A stretch of DNA of 61,426 bases, counting the filler. It is 7 parts of 7 records of this genome, joined end to end, with 100 filler letters (N's around TTAATTAATTAA, not from the genome) between each part and the next. Parts side by side here need not be neighbours in the genome. Positions count along the whole stretch, not along the records: positions 39,527 to 55,214 come from SRR31147125_33760; 6 more parts are not named here. The stretch is one strand, 5' to 3'. The first letter of the stretch is position 1, and every line of letters starts with the position of its first letter. Under the pieces are notes generated by a model that was not told the DNA's origin, did no database searches, and worked only from the letters and a program-made list of their open reading frames with translations. Both the position numbers and the translations under genes were made by a program. Below, piece after piece: positions 43,872 through 53,704 of the stretch.

Positions 43872-44060
43872 TCAGGCAGGTCTTCTGACTTCCGGTTCAA
43901 CCTACTTAAGAGCGCCTTCCCAACCCTTCTCTATTCGGATCAGTGGCCTTTTTGCTCTTTTCGTCCACGGTTACAGCGACGGGCTCGTTCCCGACTTTCA
44001 CGGGATTCCCTTATTAAGCGGCATTCGCAATACTCAAGCGAAGCTTACAGCACCTGAAAA
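43872..44060 (-). ncRNA. Cobalamin (B12) riboswitch
   Basis: Minus strand AGGTG..AAGGGAATCCCGTGAAAGTCGGGAAC..GCCCGTCGCTGTAA..GCCACTG..GGGAAGG..AGTCAGAAGACCTGCC (B12 box). Confidence 0.93.
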
Positions 44061-44224
44061 ATATAAATTCGGGAATATCTTATTTAGATGTGGGTGTCAA
44101 ATGAAAAACATTGACCCATGTCAAGAAAAAAGGCAAACTTAAATGAGTGGCTTTGAAATGATTCGTCACTCTACTCATAAAATACAATCAATGCATCGCA
44201 CTTCTAAATTGGGAGGAACACGAA

Positions 44225-44508
44225 ATGACTTCAAAAAACGATAAAAGAATCTGGTTCTCAGCCAAGACGTATGGGGTTGGATGGGGGCTGCCGGTTTCCT
44301 GGGAGGGATGGGTGGTGTTTATCGGGTACATGGTGTTAGTGATTGCTGCGACTCCCTTCGTGGAGAACAATCCATTATTGTTTCCCCTGTACATGATCTA
44401 CCTTTTTACTTTGACAGGAATTTTAATATTTATTTGCTATAAAAAGGAGAGCCTGCCAAATGGCGATGGGGAAACAAGGATCAGGATAATTCCTCGGGAA
44501 AAAACTGA
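44225..44508 (+). CDS. Small Trp/Gly-rich two-TM membrane protein (frameshift near 44443)
   Basis: GGAGG RBS; WFSAKTYGVGWGLPVSWEGW; restoring one A gives KKGEPAKWRWG..-TGA at 44508. Confidence 0.75.
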
Positions 44509-44627
44509 TTTTACAGCACTCTATACCCACATGCCCATTCAAGGATTTGCCCATTACCCTGTTAATAGGGATGGGTAAACGCTTTCATCATCGAACTGAA
44601 AAAGGCGCATTACCGCCGCATTCATTA

Positions 44628-46106
44628 TCAGAATGAAGAGGGTGTATTACCACCACCGCCTTCAAGAGCCTTTATCAGCAGGTCTTCCATCGCCTCTACA
44701 TATTCGAGGCTCTCTTTTTTCTTGCTGATTTTTCTGCATAAGCCCTCAAAATAGAGTTTTGCCGTCTTTTTGTCAGACTCGCCCCACTTCACCGTCACCC
44801 CTTGACTGAGGTGCTTTGACACCTTTTCGGTGAACGCTTCAGAGACCTCCCGCCTGGCATGGGCCCAGTTGATGACACTGCCGTGGAAAATCAGCAGGCG
44901 GTCCAACAGAATGAACATCAATTGAAGATTGTTGAGCGGCCCGATCCGAAGCTGATCCCGGCCCAACCGAACCCCTTTGATCTTTAGATCCGCCATGCTC
45001 TTACCTTTCATCAAAGCATATCCGGCACCGGCAAGCCCACCGATGGTGGTGAATATCCCAAAGGTGAGACCTGCGGCTGCCACATCCAGGACCGCTCCGG
45101 TGGCCCCCCCTGTTACGCCGGCTGCCACGGCGGTTTCCTTTGGAGAAAACCCTAAAAATTGCCACGTTTTTTCACTAAAAAGCGCTTCATGGAGAATGGA
45201 ATTGGGAGGAAGCTCACAGTTAAAGATGTTATGGCGATAGAGCCGCTTGATCTTCTGATGAGTACTGTGCTCAATGGCAGCTACCTTTTTCCTGAATTTT
45301 TCTTCAAGGTCCTTTTGTACCTGATCCTGGCTCTCTTTATCTCCGATGGTCGCGGTTACCGACAAAGAGAACACCTCTTCCAGCATCTCCAAAGCCATGC
45401 TTACCGTTACTGCATTTCGATGTTTCCAATCTTTTTTGAATGCAGCGATCACCCGATTGAGGGCAGGTTGCCAATCCTGATCCACCCCTTTGAGACTCTC
45501 CAGCAAATCAATCCGCTCGGACCACGTGGCTTGATGGGCATTGAAAACTCGGATTGAATTGAAGTGTCGCCGGAATTCCGTTTTCCACTGCTCCAGCCAT
45601 GCGGTCTCGTCTGCCTTGCAGTTGATGATGGACATGCGTGGCCGGGCCGTTATTCGCAGAATCTCCATCTCGATTCGATCGCTGGTACGAAGGGGTCTTG
45701 AGCCGTCCACCACATAGATGATCCCGGCTCCTTGGGCCACCGGTGTCAAGAGCTCGCACTCATCCCTGAAATCAGAATCGTTTTTATGCGCATCAATAAA
45801 GGCGTCGATAAGCAGATTATCCGGCCCCCGGTACGCATTCATCCAGGCCAATGTCTTTTTCGGATTCTGGAATCCCGGCGTATCCACAAATGTGATCACC
45901 GGTTTACCGTCGATCACAACCGGAAAGGATTGACACACCACCGTCTCACCGGGGATCGGCCCGATGCGGACGGTGTCGTCTTCTGCAAGGGTAGAGACCA
46001 CCGAAGACTTTCCCTCGTTGGGATGGCCGATAATGGCAAATGTCGGGATGTCTGCATGGCGTGATTGATTTCGGGCAGGGGATACGGTTTCCTGGCTCAT
46101 AGTCAT
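44628..46106 (-). CDS. DUF3482-containing P-loop GTPase
   Basis: GHPNEGKS and DTPG motifs, Gly/Ala-rich C-terminal membrane hairpin; overlaps the DUF2868 gene. Confidence 0.85.
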   Translation of the reverse strand: MTMSQETVSPARNQSRHADIPTFAIIGHPNEGKSSVVSTLAEDDTVRIGPIPGETVVCQSFPVVIDGKPVITFVDTPGFQNPKKTLAWMNAYRGPDNLLIDAFIDAHKNDSDFRDECELLTPVAQGAGIIYVVDGSRPLRTSDRIEMEILRITARPRMSIINCKADETAWLEQWKTEFRRHFNSIRVFNAHQATWSERIDLLESLKGVDQDWQPALNRVIAAFKKDWKHRNAVTVSMALEMLEEVFSLSVTATIGDKESQDQVQKDLEEKFRKKVAAIEHSTHQKIKRLYRHNIFNCELPPNSILHEALFSEKTWQFLGFSPKETAVAAGVTGGATGAVLDVAAAGLTFGIFTTIGGLAGAGYALMKGKSMADLKIKGVRLGRDQLRIGPLNNLQLMFILLDRLLIFHGSVINWAHARREVSEAFTEKVSKHLSQGVTVKWGESDKKTAKLYFEGLCRKISKKKESLEYVEAMEDLLIKALEGGGGNTPSSF

Positions 46107-47996
46107 CCTTCTCCATCTTCTGTGATGATGCGTGTCGTCACGGCGTCATTATCCACAATCTCTTCCATGGCAAGCCAGGGATCTCCCAATGCGGTCAATT
46201 TTAAACGCCAGATTTCCCAATCCATCTGTGAAACCGGAGTGAAAATCGTCTTCGGCGTTGGTTTTCCTATCAGTAGAATGGTCAATGCCCTTCGTTGCCC
46301 AATCTGACCTCTCATCTCTTTGATAAAATCCAATATCTCTTTAATGGGAGGCTGCCACGCTTCCAATAGCATGATAATCCCGGGCGGATCGGCAAACCGA
46401 TTGTCAACATGCGCCATCTCATTCAATGCTTCGGTCAAGTCCATTTCCATGGATAGGATCGACGTGATTTCAAAGCGATGGAGGATCCGGGTCAAGGCAT
46501 TAAATCGCTCTTTGTCCATCATCTCCTGCAGATCCTCAGGTATAAAGGCAATGGAGGGAGAATAATCAGAATTCATCTTCATTTGGCCCAGATCCTTTTC
46601 AACTCGATTAGAACCTATTTTGACTTGATCCATATCCTTTTCCATTCGATTAGAGCTCATTTCGGCTGGATATATATCCTTTTCGGTTCGATTAGAACTC
46701 ATATTGAATTCTTGAGTATCCTTTTCGACTCGATCAGAACTCAAATTGACCGGATGTATACTCTTTTCAACGTCCCCCCCATCGTCCCGATTTATGCCGT
46801 AATATTCCACATGGGGGGTCAACAATCGCCGGAACAATCGGGTGCAATCGGCATGATCAAAGGAAAGTCCTGCCAACGCCCGCTTCAATGTCACCTGTCC
46901 AAATCCCAGCAGTAAAAGCCTGGGCAGCAATCCGTAGACAACCACGGTCATGCAGAGAAAGGGCCACCAGGAGATCAAATCCTCCGTTGCCAACCGGTAA
47001 ATGCCGTCCTTGAGAATCATTCGACTTCCGACAATCTGGTCAAAGGTTGGAACGGCAAACCCTTCCGGCTGAATCCATGACCAGGGCAATGCCATGACCG
47101 TCACAATTTTGTAGACGGCATCGGCCCCCACCTGAAGGGTGGATTGCCATCCAAAAGCGGTATCGAAAAAAACACCCTGAAAACAATGAAACAGAAAATG
47201 GCGCCGTTGAATGCGGCACCAAACAGCTGAACCAACTTGAATAAGGGCCAGAAAAAAGAAAGCCGTACACCTGCCTTGCCTGACGCACAATGCCCAACGT
47301 TGCAGCCATCCGTTGCAGCCGATCCGGGGAAATTCTCGCCAAAACCGTCCGATTGAAAAAGAGAAACAGCCGCTCGATTCCACGATTCAAAATCGGATAC
47401 GGGACATAAGTGCGGCTGTCGATCCAATTGAATTGAATGGACGCAAGCAATCCCATGAGCATCACCAATAAAATAAACTGGGGGAGCAACGTAACAGCGA
47501 GAAAATAGGATACATTGAGCGGCTGACGTCCCGTATATGAAAAAAAAGAAAGGCAGAGGGAAAATCCCAGAAAGAGCCCTGCAACAATCATAATTAAGCG
47601 TACCAGAGCAAGGGTCTCTTCATACAATGCACCCGGAAAAACCGATTCCCCATGACCATTTCCATAGAAGCGTTGATTCTCATTTCTATTTTCGTCTGTT
47701 ACGCCGTTTTTTATCCGACCGCCCTTGATCAAGCTCAGCCATATTGAAAGAATTTCTCTTCTGCCCTCGCCTTTTTCCCACTCAATATTCTTCTTTTTTA
47801 TCTCTTGATGGATCTTCTCATCATCACATAATTCAAAACTCTGATATTGCAGCAATACCGGCCGAATCTTCCGGAGAAACAGTTCTCTATCTCGTTTTCT
47901 CAAGGATTGTTCATCTGAATTTTCTCGATCCCTAGTGAAAACGCACTCAAGATCAATGACATTTCCAATGGTCCATCGGCTTTTTTTAAATTCCAT
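46103..47996 (-). CDS. DUF2868 membrane protein (frameshifts near 47168 and 47254)
   Basis: YTGRQPLNV, AFGWQSTL, WWPFL..YGLLPR and EAWQPP motifs spread over three frames. Confidence 0.82.
46562..46771 (-). repeat. Five imperfect 42-bp in-frame tandem repeats
   Basis: VEKSIHPVNLSSDR/VEKDTQEFNMSSNR/TEKDIYPAEMSSNR/MEKDMDQVKIGSNR/VEKDLGQMKMNSDY. Confidence 0.88.
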
Positions 47997-48271
47997 TATT
48001 TGCAGGTTCCATTGCGTATTCGATACGTTTCACACACTTTCCATTTGATTTAAGGTTATACCTTGCCTCATCATGATATGCAATGCCCTATCAGAAAGCG
48101 CTCGATCCATAAATTGAATTTTTCTCTCTTCTTGTTTTCCCGATCTGATTGTCCCATCTTTTCCCCATCGATACCGGATCGGAAAGAGGCGATTTTTTCA
48201 ACCTGCCGGTTTACAAAGAAAAATTCTGCGTTAATAAACGGTTGTTTTGATTGCAACCGGTAACCGTGACT

Positions 48272-50121
48272 ATGAATGAAGACAAAGAGACCAAAATGCC
48301 CCACACTTTGAATATTTCCCACTGGCTCACAGAAAAATGCGCTGCCCACCCCTATAAACGCGCCGTTGTCTATCCTGAATCCCGTGACGGATACGGTCGC
48401 GTCCTATACAGCCAAATGACCTTTTCCCAACTGGATGCAGAGTCGGATTTTCTTGCTTTTGGTCTCAAGGAAGCCGGAATTAAACGAGGGGTACGAACCA
48501 TATTGATGGTACCGCCGGGAATGGAATTTTTCGACTCATTTTTGCCCTGTTCAAAGTGGGTGCGGTTCCGGTGGTGGTGGATCCGGGCATGGGTGTCGAT
48601 CGCATGCTCTCCTGTTTTAAACAATGCGACCCCCAGGCATTTATCGGTATTGAAAAAGCCCATTTGCTAAGGCTTTTAAAACCCAAAACATTCAAAGGCC
48701 TTCACACCTGGGTAACAGTGGGACATCGCTGGTTCTGGGGCGGCTATACGTTGGAAGATCTTCGACAGGTGACCACGAAACCATTTCCCACAGAAGAGAC
48801 CCAAAGCGATGAGACAGCAGCCATTCTCTTTACCACGGGAAGTACCGGTCCGGCCAAAGGGGTGATCTATACCCACGGCAACTTCGATGCCCAGATCCGG
48901 CACCTTCAAAGCCATTTTAATTTTGGCGATGATGAAGTCGATCTTCCCACATTTCCACTTTTCGCCCTGTTTGATCCGGCATTGGGTATGACGGCGGTCA
49001 TCCCGGACATGGATCCCACCAAACCGGCATTTGTCAATCCCGAGCGGATCATCGAGGCCGTTGAAAATCACGGTGTCACCAACATGTTTGCCTCTCCCGC
49101 CCTTCTCAACCGGGTAGGCCGATACGGCATGGAAAAGGGATTACATCTGCCTTCCCTTCGCCGGGTGGTCTCTGCCGGCGCACCGGTCACCCCGGCCAAT
49201 ATCGAGCAGTTCTCATCCATGCTCAATCCCGAAACGGAAGTGCACACCCCCTATGGTGCGACGGAAGCGCTACCAATTCTCTCCATCGGCAGCCATGAAA
49301 TTTTGAATGAAACTCGAAGCTTGAGTGAGCAAGGATTTGGAATGTGTGTCGGCCGTCCCGTTGGAGAGACCCGGGTGGAACTGATCGCCATTAAAGAAGA
49401 CCATATCGGCGAGTGGTCCGATGATCTAAAGGTGCCGGACAAGGATGTGGGGGAGATTACGGTAAAAGCCCCTCATGTTACCCAAGGGTATTACAAGCTT
49501 CCCAAAGCGGATCTCTATTCCAAGATAATGGATAAAGACGGCACCGCATGGCACCGCATGGGAGATTTGGGATGGCGGGATACCAAAGGCAGAATCTGGT
49601 TTTGCGGACGAAAAAGCCATCGGGTGATCACATCGAAAGGACCGATGTTTACCATCCCCTGTGAAGCGATCTTCAACAATCACGATCAGGTCAACCGAAG
49701 TGCGTTGGTCGGCGTGGGGGATGCCAATGATCAGATTCCGGTGATCTGCATTGAACCCGTACCCGACGTGAAGCCCACAAAGGACTTCATGGCTGAAATG
49801 CATGAAGTGGCGGCATCCCATCCCCTGACACAGGATATCGAACATATCCTGATCCATAAATCCTTTCCCGTGGATATCCGCCATAACGCCAAAATTTTTA
49901 GAGAGATCCTCTCGGAATGGGCCGTAAAAAAACTGAAACGCCAAATTCCGGAGCTGCTCTCCCCCGAACTTAAGCATGGGGGACGAAATCACTTTCCCAT
50001 TTCGGTGAAGTTCGGACCGAGGACTGTTTTATCCTTGTCCCCTTATTTATGCGTCATGTTTTATCGGTTCCTTAATCTGGAAGCAGGTCATAGAAGTAAA
50101 GCATCACGTCTGAGCGGGTAA
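48272..50121 (+). CDS. oleC: OleC-like adenylating enzyme, beta-lactone synthetase (frameshift near 48533; start and C-terminus uncertain)
   Basis: FTTGSTGPAKG, DLPTFPLFALF, TPYGATE, WHRMGD, CGRKSHRV and FPVDIRHNAKI. Confidence 0.85.
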
Positions 50122-51370
50122 CAATCCCGATCAGTTTTCCGTCTTCCAGAACCGGCACCCTGCCGATGTCATGCTTGATCATCAGCCTGGCCGCATCAAT
50201 GGCACTATGGGCATGGTCGATGGTGATCACCTCCCGGCTCATGAAGGCTTTGACCGGCGAATGCATGTGCTTCTTTTTCTTGATCTTCCTGAAGTCGCGT
50301 CTGGAAATCACCCCCACCAGGTTATCCTCATTATCCACAACCGGAACCCCGGTACAGCCGGTTTCCCTCAATATCATCGCAACCTCGTCGACCTCGGTAT
50401 CCAGATCCACCGTGACCACCGGATAGGACATGATATCGGCCAATAAAATGGATGAGTGCTGATTGCCCAGAAGCATCTCCACAAGCATCTCTTCAATGAC
50501 ATCGGGGTTTGTGGCCTTCAATAGCGCCGACCCGGCACCGGGATGGCCTCCACCGCCCATACTTCTCATGATGCCGCCCACATTGATCTGCTCCAGATTG
50601 CTTCTGCCGATCACCATACAGCGATCCCGCTCCGTATCCCGAAAGACGGCGAATGCCGCATCGACATTGGCAATCTCCCGATACATCTGAACCACCATGG
50701 AGAGATTCTGAATATGTCCTTCTATATCCATGTGCACAATGCTGATGTTGAACCCATTGAGCTCCCGTCGATCCGCCTTCTGAATGAGTTCAAAAAGGAT
50801 ATCTTTTTGCTTACTGCCGTAGGCATGTCGTAAAAATGTGGAGAGAATTTGGAGGTCTGCCTTTCGATCCAGAAGAAATGCCGCCGCCCGGGCATCTTCG
50901 GATGTGGTGGATGGAAAGGTCAAATTGCCGGTATCCTCATAAAGTCCCATGAGAAACAGCGTGGCTTGAATGGGGGTGATCAACTTTCGTTGACGTTCGA
51001 TCTCCTGGAGCATCAGGGTGATGTTGGCGCCATACTCTTTGCGATGGACTTCACATGCCTCAATGTCTCCCTCGGGATGGTGATCCCAATTGATGATTTC
51101 CACCTCGGAGCGTTTTTTCAAACCGGCCATGCCGTCCAGACGTCTCCAGGAATTGGTATCCACCACCACCATGGATTTTACGTCATCAATGGGGATTTCC
51201 CGAGGGGAGTAAAATCCGAACAGATCCTTATGGATAGAGAGAAACGCTTTGAGATTGGGGTTGACGGAGCCGGGTAAAACAGGCGCGGCTCCAGGGTAGA
51301 GAATGGTCCCTGCCACCAATGAGGCAAGGGCGTCGAAATCCGTCCCTTTGTGGGTGGTGATAATCTTCAT
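50072..51370 (-). CDS. DHH/DHHA1 phosphoesterase with C-terminal CBS pair
   Basis: THKGTDFDA, VVVDT, WDHH, EDTG and GGGHPGA motifs, then two CBS repeats. Confidence 0.9.
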   Translation of the reverse strand: MKIITTHKGTDFDALASLVAGTILYPGAAPVLPGSVNPNLKAFLSIHKDLFGFYSPREIPIDDVKSMVVVDTNSWRRLDGMAGLKKRSEVEIINWDHHPEGDIEACEVHRKEYGANITLMLQEIERQRKLITPIQATLFLMGLYEDTGNLTFPSTTSEDARAAAFLLDRKADLQILSTFLRHAYGSKQKDILFELIQKADRRELNGFNISIVHMDIEGHIQNLSMVVQMYREIANVDAAFAVFRDTERDRCMVIGRSNLEQINVGGIMRSMGGGGHPGAGSALLKATNPDVIEEMLVEMLLGNQHSSILLADIMSYPVVTVDLDTEVDEVAMILRETGCTGVPVVDNEDNLVGVISRRDFRKIKKKKHMHSPVKAFMSREVITIDHAHSAIDAARLMIKHDIGRVPVLEDGKLIGIVTRSDVMLYFYDLLPD

Positions 51371-51379
51371 ATCGATCTG

Positions 51380-52369
51380 CTATTTTTTATCCATCTCTTC
51401 ATATTCCACCTCGGAATACCCTATCATGGGCGTGGCACCCGTCTCTTTGTAATCTTCGGGTGGAGGAAGGGCGTTGTCGTATCTGGCGTACTCCATCTTG
51501 ATCTCATATTTCCGAATTTCCGTCTGGGCCTCCAGACTCTTTTTGGCCAGCTGAAACCGCATGTACATGAACCAGGCAAACATGAGAAACAGGGCAATCA
51601 ATACCGTCAGGAAGAACCATTTGAAATTGAGAATGGTCTCTATGCCGATCTTGGCCAGGAAGGTCAGAAGATCCGGAATGATAATATAAAGCAGGACTCC
51701 CGAGAGAATCAAAAACCCAATAATGAAAATATTGAGACGACTCAACTGATCCAAGAATCCATTGGCTGAAGAGGCTGCACCAACAGCACTTTTTAATTTG
51801 CGGGCTTTTCGTTTTTTTCTTTTGCCGTTGGATTTCTCATGACCGTCTTCGTCTGCCGACGCATCATTATCCGATGCCATTTGGGTATTATTTACCCCTT
51901 TGGATGCAGTCGCCCTTTCATCACCATGGGATGCATCCTCATCATCGCCATAGAGCGCTTCATACGCCTCTTCGGGATCGGCTTTATGCTTTTTACCATA
52001 CAAAAGCGCCATCACCGATTTCAGCACAAATGCCAAAAGCAAAATCAAGCCCACCGGCACCCCGATTGCGGCCGCCAGCCAGGGACGGAAGGGAAAATCC
52101 ACATCTTTACTGACCAGCCTCACCTGATAGTCGTCAATGGAACCGAATGTGTTTTCAAAATAGTATTTGTTGAAATTGGTCAATGTGGATCCTTTGACCT
52201 GGTAGATCACCTCACCCGAGTCGTCAAGGACATTCATCCAGGACTGTCTCCCGGATTTCATGACCGCTACAGCAAAAATTTCAATTTCAATGAGAAAAAA
52301 ACCGATTATGATGATGATCAGAAGCATTTTGTAATCTCTGATCAGGTCGGACCAAGTTTTGTTTACCAT
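51380..52369 (-). CDS. Hypothetical membrane protein with about 4 TM segments and a charged loop
   Basis: 329-aa ORF with hydrophobic segments; ends 9 bp before the DHH-CBS start. Confidence 0.8.
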   Translation of the reverse strand: MVNKTWSDLIRDYKMLLIIIIIGFFLIEIEIFAVAVMKSGRQSWMNVLDDSGEVIYQVKGSTLTNFNKYYFENTFGSIDDYQVRLVSKDVDFPFRPWLAAAIGVPVGLILLLAFVLKSVMALLYGKKHKADPEEAYEALYGDDEDASHGDERATASKGVNNTQMASDNDASADEDGHEKSNGKRKKRKARKLKSAVGAASSANGFLDQLSRLNIFIIGFLILSGVLLYIIIPDLLTFLAKIGIETILNFKWFFLTVLIALFLMFAWFMYMRFQLAKKSLEAQTEIRKYEIKMEYARYDNALPPPEDYKETGATPMIGYSEVEYEEMDKK

Positions 52370-52993
52370 GTGTTTACCTACGACGCTTTGTTCTTAAGTG
52401 TTGTCATATCCACAAAATTTCGGCCATGGCAGGCCGACAACTACAACAAAATTTATGAACAAACCCCACTGTGGATCGGTATGAATTTGCGCATAAAAAA
52501 ATAACGGCATAACATGTAAGCCGTCTTTCCCGAAAAACACGGTTTTTTACGGGTAAAACCTATTTATTTTATAAATTTCATTTCGCCAGTGATTTATCCG
52601 GGCAGTCTACCAAAAGGCGGGGGAGATTGACAGCACATTTTTTCCGTTCTTCGAATTTCCACAACATTTTTTCTAAAAAAACAGCCGGTTTGAAAAATAT
52701 GGAATCTCATTGGTAATGGATGCATATTTTCATTTTTTTTTCGATTTTAAAAACTGATTTTTCTCAAAGTATCATCAATTTCTTTTTCTCCAATGATCCA
52801 CGCATCTGTTTTTGATCATATCATTTCCATCTCTGTTTGATTTGGGGTTTACCTTGCATTAAGAATATAATATGAAAAGTTTTTTTTATTTTCAATGATG
52901 CGTGTTTTTTTTACCCCCATGAGTAATCGTGAATGCACTTGATAGAATCGTATCAAGGTCATTCAAATAAAATATTTAGGAATTTCCACGATT

Positions 52994-53563
52994 ATGGATA
53001 AATTGATTATCACCATATTAGGTAAGGACAAACCCGGCATTGTGGCATCTGTTTCCAAAAGCCTCTTTGTTATGGATTGCAACATACAAAACATCAACCA
53101 AATGATTTTGCAAAATGAGTTTGCCGGGTTCTTCATTGTTCAAGTTCCAGCCGGTTTGACCAAGGAATCGCTTGAAAAAAAGCTAACGAAAGATCTGACA
53201 GAAAAAAAGCTGCAAGTATATATCGATGAGCTGAGCAGCACACCCGGTACGGCCAATGGAGACAATTCCGTTCCACCGGATATCGATATCTTCTTGATCA
53301 CCACCATCGGTCCGGATCAAAAGGGCTTAGTGGCCAAAATTACGGAAATCATTGCAGCGCACAATGTGAATATAACCAACTTAAAAGCGGTTTTCAAAGG
53401 GGGAGAGGAACCTTCCGCCAATATCATGAACTACCAGGTGGCCATCTCACCGGATACGGATCAGGCTTCTTTGTTCAAACAGCTTCGAGAGGCGGCTGGC
53501 AAATTGAATCTGGACATCAGCATTCAACACAAAAACATCTTTGAAACCATCAACAAAATTTAG
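52994..53563 (+). CDS. Tandem ACT-domain protein (GcvR-like)
   Basis: IITILGKDKPGIVA and ITTIGPDQKGLVA ACT starts; C-terminal QHKNIFETINKI. Confidence 0.88.
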   Translation: MDKLIITILGKDKPGIVASVSKSLFVMDCNIQNINQMILQNEFAGFFIVQVPAGLTKESLEKKLTKDLTEKKLQVYIDELSSTPGTANGDNSVPPDIDIFLITTIGPDQKGLVAKITEIIAAHNVNITNLKAVFKGGEEPSANIMNYQVAISPDTDQASLFKQLREAAGKLNLDISIQHKNIFETINKI

Positions 53564-53704
53564 ATAACAAATAAAGCGGTGAAACGCGGCATCAACTGTT
53601 TTTACCCCGGAAACTCTGATCGCCGCACCCCATTTGCATCTCTTGAGTGGTTGTTTTTTTAAACAATAACTTAAAATAGCGGCGTTAAGGAATTATTTAG
53701 ACCA

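Noticed and set aside
43791..44057. 88-aa plus-strand ORF
   Set aside because: Antisense to the cobalamin riboswitch, with no protein-like features
26777..44060. A single cobalamin island joining cobS/cobD/cbiB with the riboswitch-btuB locus
   Set aside because: Separated by two linkers; different contigs
46562..46771. Repeat-variable pattern as a CRISPR array
   Set aside because: A 42-bp period is too short, the repeats are degenerate and in-frame inside a CDS, and no cas genes are present
52370..52993. Long AT-rich divergent spacer as a possible ncRNA
   Set aside because: No recognisable RNA motif or strong structure; consistent with two promoter regions
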